Source: Eukaryota sp. GEM-RC1
Lineage: Eukaryota
DNA: 64,000 nucleotides
Assembly: GCA_040285855.1 (NCBI GenBank)
Contig: JAUFOQ010000001.1
Span: 3,038,001-3,102,000, forward strand
Direction of reading: 5' to 3'
The notes beneath the pieces were generated by a model, which was not told the origin of the DNA, ran no database searches, and saw only the letters and a list, made by a program, of their open reading frames with translations. The first letter of the stretch is position 1; the number at the start of each line of letters is the position of its first letter. The position numbers and the translations under genes were made by a program. This document shows, one piece after another, positions 34,101-46,354 of the stretch.

Positions 34101-35063
34101 CAGTGTTCGAAAACACACGTGTGGACACTGTGTGCATCAAGTTTGTCAGTTAATAAGAAACGTTTTAAACGTATATTGAAAATAACGACGTTTTATGATT
34201 GTCAACGTTTTTTATATTCCGGATTGACACAAAAAACACGACTTTCTACTCCACTTTTGTGTTAATTAGACAGATGTTATTTCATGTACGTTGTTTCTCA
34301 CCACGCAAGATTGAAACAAGGAAAGAGTATTTGTTGGTATCACTATTACTCTTACATTATATGCTCTTTGGTTCTGTATCGGAGTGAAACTACCTTCAGG
34401 TACACTGGAACAGTGTTCGTGTTGCATATGCCTTGTTATCTTCCAGCCCTGTCCACATGATCATCGTCAGATGAGCACTGTACTTCATCTCCATGTTGTT
34501 ATCTTTCCAATCTCAAAGGAACATAGCTGCAATGATCGAACTACGAAAGATTTGGTTGATGAAATAGAAGTGAGAATAAAGTGGTAAGTTGAACTGATCT
34601 TTTTGATCGTTTTTTATTCATTTTGTAAAAAATGGTAAAAAATAACTTCATTTTTGGACAACGTTTTTTACAAGCCTGGTGTGTGTGCACAGTGGAAACG
34701 TGTCCAACGGTGTCAATTGATCAGTTCAATCTGTTCAAGATTGTCAATTCTCTCCGCATTTCAAACTGAAAACGTCTCTACATCCAATTGTGATTTTCAA
34801 AGTTAAGATATCGAATAAAATGGCAGCTACTTGCAAGAAAGTAAATGAATGCATGATAATCAATAAGAATAGTTTTTACAGTCTAATACTAAAGAAAGTC
34901 ACGACATTGGAGCAATACACGTCTTTTTTAGTACAATTAATGTAGATTGGTAAAGATGCTGTTAAAATGCACCAATCTGTCACAAATTTCTTCTAGAAAT
35001 TGAACAATTCTAGAGTCAATAGAAGGTACATGTACCCACGTGTTCGACACATTTCGAACACTA
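34101..35063. mobile_element. Non-autonomous hAT element
   Basis: Termini CAGTGTTCGAAA / TTTCGAACACTA. Perfect 8-bp TSD ACATGAAC at 34093-100 and 35064-71. Confidence 0.85.
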
Positions 35064-35934
35064 ACATGAACTATCGGTAGCCACATAGACTCATTGACCA
35101 CGTCATGAAGGTAATCCAGCAGTACCTAATTTGAAAGACTGTTTAAGTAGAACGCTTAATGTTTCTGGCATCTTTTATTGGTTGATGGCAAATTGACGGT
35201 GTTTTTGTCAGAACAACCTTTGTGGCGTCTTTTAAATTTTTTAATGATCAATAAGGAAATTAAGAAACGTTCATTCACTAAAAAACGAAATCTGAGTAGC
35301 AACTTTTCAACCTGAATTATACGCAGTGATGTTCAGTTCACGATAGCTGCCCACTAACGCTGACTTGGGACACAATTTGAGTCGATTGGTGTTGAGATTC
35401 GGATACTTTTTTGTAACTAAGTTAAGGTTGAGTCCATCAATTAGCAAAAGAAAGGTGTGTAAAATTGTGAGTCTTATATGTTGTGTTGAATTGTGATATA
35501 GGTACAACAACGGTCGACAGTTTAACGAAAAAGTGTAATCATTGCATTACTGTCCATTGAAGTACATTGTGCTGCTGTATTTCAACCCCATTTCGTATCT
35601 ATAACAATAATTTGTAGGATACTACATACACGGCCACACTGCCACATCCTGTGTTTGTGTAAGACCTGTTTGTTGTATGTGCTTTTTGCAGGCTTTTTAA
35701 CTTAAAATGATAAAAGTACATCTCTAAAACGCAAGTTACCTCATACATCCTCTCAAAATATGTTCAGAATCAATACTCAGACTATTAATGTCTCTGGTTT
35801 CTTCGTTCTTATTACTTCTATCAATGCAAAATGATTTATTACCAAAAAAACCACACGAATCCGTGTGTTACAGGGAGAGTGAATTTGCCACATCGTGTGA
35901 TTGATTATCCTGATAATTACTGTTTTGAACATTA

Positions 35935-36515
35935 CACTAATCATGGTAATTAGTCTCACTCAGACTAATTCATATGTCAATGTCCAAAGGCTCCACATGG
36001 TAATTAGTCTCACTCAGACTAATTAGCATGTGAGACTAAATAGCATGTTAGAAAATTAGTCTCACTCAGACTAATTATCATTGTTGGAAATTAGTCTCAC
36101 CTCCAAAAAAAATATTTGTTGTCATTCATTAAGATCAATAGAGGAGGAAAACATTCGTCCAATGCGTCTGCTTGATTTACTTCCACAACAATTATATTAG
36201 AATGGACAATCCAACCAGAAGGATGTGCTAAAATAAGCTCATTATTGAAAAACGACGTCCTGACTCAACGTCTTGCCTTGTAAACACAAATATCAGCGGA
36301 AATGTTATTCATAGGAAAATGGAAGTAATATCGAGGTGGTTCAGTATTTGTATTCGTCGAATGTTGTTCTATTTTATAGGTATTTTATCACAAAAAGTGA
36401 GACTAATTTCCAATCGAGTTTCAGTTTAAAGTGTTACAACATGAGGATTAGTCTGAGTGAAACTAATTACCATGTGAGACTAATTTCCAATACAGACTAA
36501 TAACAATGATTAGTG
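35935..36515. mobile_element. MITE with CACTA-starting TIRs, TA flanks and inward-facing subterminal repeats
   Basis: TA|CACTAATCATGGTAATTAGTCT ... AGACTAATAACAATGATTAGTG|TA (20/22). Multiple ATTAGTCTCAC/GTGAGACTAAT repeats at both ends. Confidence 0.85.
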
Positions 36516-37004
36516 TAGTTTTTAATTCAGATAAACATAGCGTGTTTAGTTCCTTTTTTTTAAGAAATGTTCAATCTGGTATCATTCGTGGAAATTCTCT
36601 AAACAATGAATATCACTGGAATGAAGTTAACATCGGATTCATATCTCTCCCCTTGTTGTAGAAGATTCTTCCTGGTTGAAACTGGATTCAACTTGTCCAA
36701 CAACTACTGTTGACAAACAACAATCGTGGTTGGTGATATGTTCCCGACCACGAACAGAAGAACTTACCATTAATAACGAAGTGAAAATTGATTTCACACA
36801 TTGATACTTTAATGTTTGTATTTGAAATGCGAATGTTCATTGCATTTCAGTGTAGTACTCAAGGTGCAACTTATATGATCTAAGAATTGGCAATCAACTT
36901 CTTCTTTCTGCAAACCGAGTGATTTGGGGTATCAAATGGTTAAATTAACCAGGTTAAACAGAACCTACTGTACAGTTCCAGTAGTCAAATTTGTCAATCC
37001 ATTT

Positions 37005-38528
37005 ATGTCTTATCTTGAACCTCCTCTAAAGACCGGTCGTTCATCAGATGATGCTGTCTCAAGTGCGGTCAACGACGTGTGTATCATTTCTCCCTTCTCT
37101 GAAGGCATCTCCTCTACACAAACTTACTCTGATGATATCTCCACTAAGCCATCCCCCAGCCGTCCTCATTCCACTCTCTTTCCCTTTCAGCAATCCTTAC
37201 TTGTAATGGTGTTTCTTCGTTTGCTTAGACGTCTCTTAAAATATTGTCTTGTGGGACATCAACATTTTCCTCGCCGCGCTTTTCTTAATTTTCACAAAGA
37301 ATTACCCGTGTTTTTTGAGCAGTATGGTTATGTAAGCAATCGTTTTTTGGAAACCGGTGTTCTAGCAGAGAAAGCTTTTATTCAAACAAACACATTTCCT
37401 GTTTGTGCTAAAGACATTGACCAATTCTATTCATTTGCTTCTTTCTTTGGTGCCGAAGTACAGTCAATTCACTTGTACGTAGACGAGAAGTTTAATATAG
37501 AAGAATTGCGTCATTATTCTGGTGTTATTTCAAGATTGAATCTGAAAATAGAGCACCAAAAAGATTTGGAGTTTATCAAAAATCCTGGCGACGTCTTTCC
37601 TCATCTTAAAAAACTACATATACATGCGCCGCCAAATCCTTCTGTTTCGGTGTTATTGATTGAATTGTTGAAAGATAATGACACAGTGACAAGTTTTGAT
37701 ATGTGGGATAACTCTATTGGAGAACCCGGTGCTATAGCTTTGGCAGAGGCATTAAAAATCAATAGTAAAGTGACGCGTGTTGATCTTTGTGGTAATTCTA
37801 TTGGAGATGTGGGTGTTGAAGCACTTGCAGATGCTTTAAAAGTCAATGATACCGTGACAAATATTCATTTGGATGAAAACTTAATTGCAGATATAGGTGC
37901 AATTGCGTTTGCAGATATGTTAAAAGTCAATGATACATTAACAAGTATTGATTTTGACAGAAACAATGTTGAAGCTGAAGGAGCTACAGTCTTGGCAGAT
38001 GCTTTAAAAGTCAATGCTTCTGTAACTGAAATGGAACTGGGATATGAAAACTCCGTTGGATCAGAAGGTGCCCGAGCATTGGCACAGGCGTTGAAAGTCA
38101 ACGAGTCATTGACCAGACTTGGGCTGTGGGATAACTGTATTGGAGACTTAGGTGTTGAATCAATTGCAGATGCTTTAATGGTCAATCAAACTCTCAGAAG
38201 TATTAGCCTAGGTGATAATTTTATCGGAAATCCAGGTGTTAGAACATTATCAGAAGCATTAAAAGTCAATGATTCAGTGACATACATTGATTTAAAGTCC
38301 AACTCTATTGGGGATTCAGGTGCTATAGCATTGTTTGAAGCGTTAAAAGTCAATGATACAGTGACAGTTCTCGATCTGAATTTTAACTCAATTGGCGATC
38401 TTGGTGCTATAGCATTGCTTGAAATGTTAAAGGTTAATAACACATTGATACATATTGATTTAAAGTCGAACTCTATTGGACATTCAGTTGCTAAAGACCT
38501 TTCGAAAGCCATAAAAGTCAATAGTTAA
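37005..38528 (+). CDS. LRR protein with the lineage-specific N-domain and regular 28-aa NLRC3/RNI-type repeats
   Basis: 'FQQSLLVMV...ELPVFFEQYGYVSNRF...ASFFGAE', then about ten 'LKVNxTVTxIDLxxNSIGDxGAxALAEA' repeats. Confidence 0.9.
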   Translation: MSYLEPPLKTGRSSDDAVSSAVNDVCIISPFSEGISSTQTYSDDISTKPSPSRPHSTLFPFQQSLLVMVFLRLLRRLLKYCLVGHQHFPRRAFLNFHKELPVFFEQYGYVSNRFLETGVLAEKAFIQTNTFPVCAKDIDQFYSFASFFGAEVQSIHLYVDEKFNIEELRHYSGVISRLNLKIEHQKDLEFIKNPGDVFPHLKKLHIHAPPNPSVSVLLIELLKDNDTVTSFDMWDNSIGEPGAIALAEALKINSKVTRVDLCGNSIGDVGVEALADALKVNDTVTNIHLDENLIADIGAIAFADMLKVNDTLTSIDFDRNNVEAEGATVLADALKVNASVTEMELGYENSVGSEGARALAQALKVNESLTRLGLWDNCIGDLGVESIADALMVNQTLRSISLGDNFIGNPGVRTLSEALKVNDSVTYIDLKSNSIGDSGAIALFEALKVNDTVTVLDLNFNSIGDLGAIALLEMLKVNNTLIHIDLKSNSIGHSVAKDLSKAIKVNS

Positions 38529-39294
38529 ATATATTTAAATATTAGATATAGTTAAAATAGAGGGACTTTAAATTTATTCAATTACTCAATGTCCATAAGT
38601 CCAACTTCATCTTCATCTTTGGATACAGTCTTGGTTCTACACTGAAGGCTTTTTTCCTGATTCAGGGTGAGTAAACAAGTGTTACAAAGTTCTTCTTCAT
38701 CTCTGTTGTTTTATTACTGAAGCGAATTCTAATATCTAAGTACATGAGAAGGTTTTTGGTCTGATCACTGGATCAAGTGTTAATTCACTATAATAAGTCT
38801 GCACTGACAATACTTTGGCCCACAAAACCGTCTTTGAGAAAACTAACAGACTACCTAAACTAGCGAAGAACATCACTTTTCAGTTCAGTGCTCAATTCCA
38901 TGAATAAACAACAATTTGTTGCTCATTTTTTCTATCATATTAAAGTAATTATTCCAACTAAATGTAGAATATATTCGTACCGGAACGAAACTGTTTTGTT
39001 GCCGCTGGAAATTGGTACTTCGGCAAAATGTCTACGTCATGTGTATTCGGAATGGATTTCTAGAGTCTTCAAAAATGCATTCAAAGGTTACTAAATTAGT
39101 TCGTGTCAAAATGATGTAAATCAATAAAGACAAGGCGTGCCGAACTTATATCAAGACATGTTATCTATTTTAAGTCAAATAGAATGAAGAGAAATGTGGT
39201 TATTAAGATCACCTTGTTCAAAACCACAGTTTGGTTACAAATATGAAAATGAAATACAAATATTTTACAAATTCAATTAAAGAACACAATTAAT

Positions 39295-39789
39295 CTAAAT
39301 TACTGTACAACCAGAATCAATAATTCTTCTACAAAGACTTTGAAAGATTGGTAGTCTTTTGATGTTTGACTTGGGTTCTGACAGACTCAATACATGGTTA
39401 TCAGTCTGAGGATCTGGTAAGATAATTAACTTACTCTTACAAGAAATACAAACTGAAGGACAATTAGTGGTTACAGATGACGAAGGTTCTGAATTCACTG
39501 CATGACTGAAGCGACAACGAGAGCCATAAGGACAATACCCTTTGTCATGGAAAGATTTACAGTTTTCAGTTTTGAATCGAGGATGACACATCTTTGGACG
39601 AAGTTCGGACTCAGTGTGAGCAAAGTTACAGCTCTTACCAAAGTGACAATGACCGTTTTCAAGAAGCAGACGACACATTTCGGTTTTGTACAGAGTTTGA
39701 TGAGAAATTTTCATTTCAAGACGATTCGAAACATTCTTCGCCTTTGATGGAGAGAAGACAGAACAAGTAGAGACTCTTCGGAATGACAT
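39295..39789 (-). CDS. Tristetraprolin/ZFP36 (TIS11)-family tandem CCCH zinc-finger protein
   Basis: YKTEMC-x8-C-x5-C-x3-H and FKTENC-x8-C-x5-C-x3-H fingers. C-terminal 'KRLPIFQSL'. Confidence 0.9.
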   Translation of the reverse strand: MSFRRVSTCSVFSPSKAKNVSNRLEMKISHQTLYKTEMCRLLLENGHCHFGKSCNFAHTESELRPKMCHPRFKTENCKSFHDKGYCPYGSRCRFSHAVNSEPSSSVTTNCPSVCISCKSKLIILPDPQTDNHVLSLSEPKSNIKRLPIFQSLCRRIIDSGCTVI

Positions 39790-40271
39790 GCAGAGATAAT
39801 AACTGTAAGGTTTGCATCATTGTTCTTAAGAAGGTAGTGACATGACGAACAAGTGAGAGACATTGACATGAACGGTGATCGATGTTCACCTCTTCTGCCT
39901 TGTATTCTTCAGGAAACGTACCTGTTACGTGTGTAGAAGCGTTGCTGCTAACGTGCTGTGAGATCGAATGACACTTAGATAAAAGAGCGTTTGATTGTCA
40001 CCATTAGCACTGTACTACATGAGTTTTATCGGATTAAGTGACAAATTGATCTCGTGATATGATGTGATGCATTATCCCTGGCATTATACACAAACTCCTT
40101 GTGACACCCATAATCGAAATCCAAGGGTAACCAATTGAAATGAAACTTCAACAAGAACCAACAGAATCATTTACTAAAAAGCAATCCCCAGTAAAGACAA
40201 CATCCAAGACTCAGCTAAAACAACAATTAAAATATAGATATTTATAATACAATGAAGACAATTCATCAGAA

Positions 40272-40773
40272 TTAAATAGTAATTGAGGCAGCAAATGGAG
40301 AAAGAAACTGTTGAAGAGACTCAGTGGAAACGAACAAGTTCCAATCCAAAAGAGAAAGCATTTCACTTTCCATTGCATTGAGAACATCAGTTGAATAGTG
40401 AGAGAACCCAATAATAGACCAGCTTGAATTGGTGTAGTTCTCATCTTCAAGATACTTGAAAGCAAGCATGAAAGCAACCAGATACAAACGACGAACATTG
40501 ACTTCCAGTGAATCGAAGATGGGGATAGGACTTTTGGAGTTTGTTGAGGTAGAAAAGTGCAAGGAAAGCACATTCCAAGGTACTTTGACTTTTGGACAGC
40601 AATCGCTTGATCCAAACTGACAAGGAAACTTTGGGTTCGGAACCAAAATACTGGGGAGTACTATCGGGAATAGGGTCGAGCATTGAGTCCAGAATGGTTG
40701 ATGCGACGGAGACAACAGAATAGAAGCAATCATCGGAGATAGAAGTGACATTGTCATTAACAACAAAAGGCAT
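40272..40773 (-). CDS. PHO80/PCL-like cyclin (cyclin U/P type), single-base frameshift near 40500
   Basis: 'SLSVWIKRLL...CAFLALFYLNKL' then 'NVRRLYLVAFMLAFKYLEDENYTNSSWS...LNAMESEMLSLLDWNLFV'. Confidence 0.85.
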
Positions 40774-41899
40774 GAGCAAGACTTCAGGAAATACATCCTT
40801 GGGTTTGATGGTGTAGAATTTGTAGAGAGAGTGACATGACAAGATTGATGAGCATTTGACAAGGTGACATTTGAGGTATTCCTTTTGATGTCCTTGTTAG
40901 ATTCTTACTCTGAGTCTCGGTGGTACTTCTAGAAGGTAAGTCGTGTGTCTTAAACAAGCTTGTTCAGTTTCTTAACGTATGTACAAATCAGTTGTTTACT
41001 TGTCGTTCTTGCTCTTTCTGTTGTTGTATTGGCTTTTAGATGTCACTATTTACGTTGAGGCTGTGTCGTTATGTCCACATTTATTGACAATCTCCCTTAC
41101 TTTCGTCCCTTTAAACTAATTTCTTCTCAAATGAATCCTTGTTTTTTTTGCTTGTATTTAACAAGGTCATGCGTCGATCTCCTCTTTTTTTGCACAGTTT
41201 TTACATCATTGCTTTTGATGATGGTATCATCTCTTACTTTAATTCATTTGTTTTCAGTTTTTAGAGTAACTCTAATGACGTTCTGTTGGATTACTTGTGT
41301 AGTCGAAGTCACATGACATTGCCGTCATCGTGATTGCTGTTGTAACAATCATTACTAATCATTTTCATTGATCACATGTTTTACATTTGCGTCTCGTTTT
41401 CAACAGTAGTAATCCTCAACTAATATTCTTGGCGTACAGTTGTTCCCCATGATGCGGTACAAAGTCGATCACAACGCTAAATCTCTGTCAATCTTTCTCT
41501 TTCTCTTAACGATCTCTTTTTATCAACGGTGTCAGATTCCCCAGAGTAGATATGAGATCCTATCTGTGAGAAATCCATTAGTGTTGATACAGCTTAAGAT
41601 TTAGATTCTGATCACTAGTGAATTTCAGTCCAAAAAGAAGCCATCTTAAAGTCAAAAGAAAGAGGGTATCCCGTTTATACGAGGTTGAAGGTGGTGATGC
41701 TGAATTGTTTTAGAGGGGAAAACAGTGTTGCGGAATCCAACTATTTTTACAACTTCCAACTATTTTTCTCCTGGACAAATAGGCACTCTTCTTCGGGATC
41801 TAGTAGAGCTTCTGACGAAGTCCTCACTCTTGAAAACTGATTTCATCATTAAAAAACCGTTTGTGTTGGAAAATGAAACCAAATGATTGTGTCAATTTT

Positions 41900-42720
41900 T
41901 GTTCAAAAGGTTAATACGTTCCATACGTATCATTCCCTGTTTTGTGTATGTTCTGTCTTTACGCACGACTTGTAGGTTTAAGAAACAGAACCAACTCTTC
42001 TTAAAAGCTTTTTCATAGCTAAGTCCATATGGACTAACAGCACAACCAGTAAGGAAATGAATTGATAATCCTTTGTACTTCCTCAACTAGCACTGGTTTG
42101 GTTAAAAAAAGTCATATTCAAAATCTGATATTGTACCACCTTTCGAACAATCCTCAAAGGGATGTAAATTTTGTAAGGCAGTAACTGTTGATTCATTAGA
42201 TTCTGCTAAAACTGAACCATCCAAAAGACCTAGAGCTGAAGAGAATTGCGATCGTAAAATCAAACTTTCAAAGATCTTCTTATCATCACGAGTGTGATTT
42301 AAAGTCCTGGTTTTACTTTTCTATTTAGTTGTTCGATTTTTGTTCAGACAAAACTGACTTAAAATGGATGGACTCCATTTTCCTCCACGAAGAGACAAAG
42401 TTAATGATCGAACCAGAAAGGAGAAAGAAGCACTTGGTGCTGGAGAGATAAACATATGGATAGGAAACGTAGATCGAATAGGGTCACGAGGAAAATAAGA
42501 ATCACAGACAAGAAGTGCCCGACCATTACTATTGAAACCTCTTATTGGAAGCGAACAAAACGGACAGGATTTAGAAACAAGAGGTGAGAATTCATGGCAC
42601 CAACTGAATAAGACAATGATTCGATAATACAAGATTCTTTAGCTTTCTTTGCACAAAACAAGTTGTTTTCTTACATGGCAATTCGAACATTTGGATTGAG
42701 GGCCTATCCTGGGGCCCTAG
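41900..42720 (-). mobile_element. Degraded 5'/pre-RT fragment of a CRE-like non-LTR retrotransposon
   Basis: 'ALGLLDGSVLAESNESTVTALQNLHPFE' and 'GCAVSPYGLSYE' (RT domain-0-like), plus CxxC upstream. Stops and frameshifts present. Confidence 0.6.
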
Positions 42721-43248
42721 ACTTTAAAAGAGTAGTAGAAACGTTAGCAGACATCAGTTTATCCAAGACATGCTGTGGAGAATATACGTTAATACACTAT
42801 TTTGTGGGCTTACGATAAATATGTTGTTTGTAAACACCGTAATAAAGATATTGATGTTGTCAAATTTTACAACTGAATACATTAGTTGCATACTAGTATG
42901 TTTATATCTCTACTGAACTCTAGTATTACATGTGCATGTACTAGTACCATTTTAATATGTTACGATGTTGATTATTCAAATTATTACCGGATATCTTACA
43001 CCAATTCAATAAACCATTTCATGTAGTTCAATTTTGTTCTGGGAAATTATATTCTTCATTTGATATACTGGCTATATCTCCAGTTATTGGAGAAATAAAC
43101 TGATATCCAATTAGAACTTTCACTTACCTTACAACACTGACATAACAGATACACAATACTATAGTTCAATACATTTAGAACAATCTCTCGAAATCTTTTT
43201 TTTTAATATTCTGACAAGAAACAGACGTGGTCGTTCACCAAAACTTGT

Positions 43249-44197
43249 TCAAATAAAACACCAATGACTTGGATCAACTCCTACTACTTTAACTGTAGTA
43301 TTCACTTTTAACGCATCTGTCAAAGCGCGTTCACCTTCAATTCCAATAGGGTTCTCAGTTAGGTTAAGACTTTTAAGAAAAGTATTGACTCTTAGTGCCT
43401 TTGCCAACTTTCTTGCACCTACATCTGTAACAGAGCTACGAGTCAGATTAAGGCTGGTTACGGTAGTATTGACTTTTAGTGCCTTTGCCAAAGCTCTTAC
43501 ACCTACATCTCCAATAGAGTTGTGCTCTAGATTGATATCAGTAACTGTAGTATTCTCCTTCAATGCATCTGCGATTGCTTTAGCACCTTCTCCTTCAATG
43601 GAATTATACTCCAAATTAACGCTGGTAACTGAAGTACTGGTTTTTAAAACACTAGCCAATGCTCTTGCACCTACATCACTAAGAGAGTTGTACTCCAGGT
43701 TAATACTTGTTAATGTAGTATTGACTGTCAACGCATCAGCCGAAGCTTGAGCACCTGAATCTCCAAAAGAGTTTCCATACACTTCGATGCGTGTGATTGT
43801 TCTGTTAATTTTCAACATTTCTGAAAGAGCTCTAGCACCTTGGAATCCAACACGGTTTCCACCTAGATTAAGACGTGTGACTCTAGTATTGACTATCAAC
43901 GCATCTGCAACAGCTCTAGCGCCTTCAACTCCAATAGACGGACCATCATCACGCAATCCATTGCTGAGATCAAGAACTGTAACTGTGGTGTTGATTTTCA
44001 ACGCCTCAGCAACAGCTGTGGCACCTTCAGTTCCAATAGAGTTTATACCAATATTCAAACTTGTGATTTTACTGTTGTCCTTTAACATATTTGCCAAGGC
44101 TTTGGCACCGCCATTCCCGATAGAGTTGTTTTGTAGATTAACACTTGTGATTGCCTTGTTGTCTCTTAAAGCAGCTGCTAAGGCTTTGGCTTTCTTA
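43249..44197 (-). pseudogene. NLRC3-type LRR array lacking the family N-terminal domain
   Basis: About eleven 28-aa 'LKVNTTVTSxNLxxNSIGxxGAxALA' repeats. Frame closed by TAA at ~44198. Confidence 0.75.
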
Positions 44198-44587
44198 TAG
44201 AAATACGAAACACATGAAAATCAAATTTAAAACACATTATCCACGTTTGTTTGTTTACTGGTACAAAGAACTTTTGTATGTTTGACTGCCACCTTCAGAG
44301 TGTCAAAGAACTCTAGCCCACCACTTGCAGCCAAAAAATACAAATGTAAATCTTCAAAACACATTTATTTTTTTTACAAAAATACAAAAGTAAACAAATT
44401 TGTATTTTTCACCTATGATTTGATGTCCGTATTTTGCTCTTTTAGCTGTTTCAGCGTCTTTCAGCGTACCATTTGAAGGATTCACAATAATAGCCACTGC
44501 TGAAGATTTGCAACAACCACGGTAGGTGTGAAATTTGTTTTATTGTCATTCTAGATTACTTGATCTGAGAAAGGTTATCTACAGTCC

Positions 44588-45263
44588 ATGTCTTATCCTG
44601 AACCCCGCTGAAAAGTAGCCGTTCCTTAGACGGTGTAAGATCAACGACTGACACTAGTGTTTCTGATGTTATTCTCTCTTCTAGAACTATGCAACCTACA
44701 TCTACCCCGTGCTCCTTCCATCAGTCGTTCAAGCCTACTAGTATACGATTGCAACAGTCCTTGTTAGTTTTAATACATCTTCACATGGTCAACCGTTTAA
44801 GAAAGCCCACCCCTGGCGAGATCCAATTGTCCCCTTTTCCTCCTTACCGTATTTTGAATCAAGAATTGTATATGTTCTTCCACAAAGTGGGTCATGTAAG
44901 CCGTCATTTCTTTGATTCTGCTCTTCTAGCAGTTAAGGTTTTTTCCAAACAACCTCGTTTCTTGTGTTCTCTCAAGCTCTTCCTCGACTCTATTCATTTG
45001 CATCTTTCTTTGGAGCAGATATACGGCCTATCTTTTTGCATGTGAAAGGAACGTTTGAAGTTAAAGACTTCCTCAGTTATTCCAGTCAAATCACAGGATT
45101 GGGGTTGACAGTGGAACATCACAGTGACTTGGAGTTTCTGAACAAGCCATATCATTTCCTTCCCCATCTTAAGAAACTTCAAGTTTGTGCCGGTTACGAC
45201 ATTAGCATGGCGTTTATCGAATTGAACAAGTTACATTTTACAAAATTACAGTGGATGAAGTAG
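44588..45263 (+). pseudogene. N-terminal half of an LRR-family gene (paralog of 37005), truncated before the repeats
   Basis: 'MSYPEP...QQSLLVLI...FFHKVGHVSRHFFDSA...SFASFFGAD...HLKKLQV...MAFIEL' with frameshifts, then similarity ends. Confidence 0.75.
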
Positions 45264-45760
45264 CTGTGGAAACTGTTTACCAAACTATCTATTGCTTCCC
45301 GATTTTTTTCTGGTCTTTCAGTAAAATTTAGATTTTTGTTTACCTGTCTGAATAACTGACCTTTTTTACTACATCCAGAATCTACTTGCATACACAACTT
45401 TTTCACATGGACTTCAATTGCTGACGTCATGTCTATTGATGTTGTTTTTGAAATCTTCCCAAAATGAACCCTGCATCCAACGTTCAAAGACTCTCAGTCA
45501 ATCGGTGAACAATTACAAATGGAATATGGATATATATAATGTTATATGAAATGTTATATGTATATATATATGGAATAATGTGGGTTATGAAATTTGGTCT
45601 CACACTTAAACCTTTACACATTTTTTAATTTCGGTATGTGGATTTCAACATGATAGAGCAAGTCTTATCACTTAGAAAAGGTAAGAACATACATTATTTT
45701 GGAATATGTTCTGTTTCGTTTTGTATTGGTATTAGTTTTTGATTGGCAACGTGTTTTGTC

Positions 45761-46354
45761 CCCTGCCACAGTGAAGAAGGAATGCAATATAAAGTCAATT
45801 AAACAAAAAATCTTATGACCAGACATTTTATTTTGAAGATATGTTTTATTAGTACTATTAGTAAGTGGATATTAGTATTTACAGTGCAGAATCAAAACCT
45901 CATTTTGGATTCCTTGGCTCGTAAATCTGACTACCTATATTCCGCAAATTTACAATGACTTTTGAGACGGATAGCTACCTTATGTGACATACCAAAAGAT
46001 TCTTTCAAGGAACCACTCAGTAATCAATTGCAATAATTTCAGGATGTTGCATCAATATCAGACCTGGATCTGGACCTGTTGTTGCTATCTATACTTCTGA
46101 TATGATTGTTCCAAAAACCGACACCATTTGGATTATAAACCAAAAACTGTCTTTCATTTGGTTAAATCACACAAAAAAAGTCCTTCACTTAAGTCTATTC
46201 TTGAGGCATAAAGGGGGAAGAATTTATCCATAGCACACAATCACATAGTATCATGCGTGGTTGAAAGAGCCAAAAAAGTTGAAGGAAAAAGCAAACAGGA
46301 CACGTGGTGTGGTACTCAACGATAACTTCATCATGAAGAATCACTGTGGCAGGG
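45761..46354. repeat. 14-bp perfect inverted repeat pair, possibly an old MITE
   Basis: CCCTGCCACAGTGA (45761-74) and TCACTGTGGCAGGG (46341-54). No perfect TSD. Confidence 0.45.

Noticed and set aside
35935..36515. CRISPR-like array
   Set aside because: Repeats are irregularly spaced, in both orientations and bounded by TIRs. Eukaryotic context with no cas genes.
41723..43139. hAT element with CAGTGTTG termini
   Set aside because: Only an 8-bp terminal match and no 8-bp TSD, so not called as a feature.
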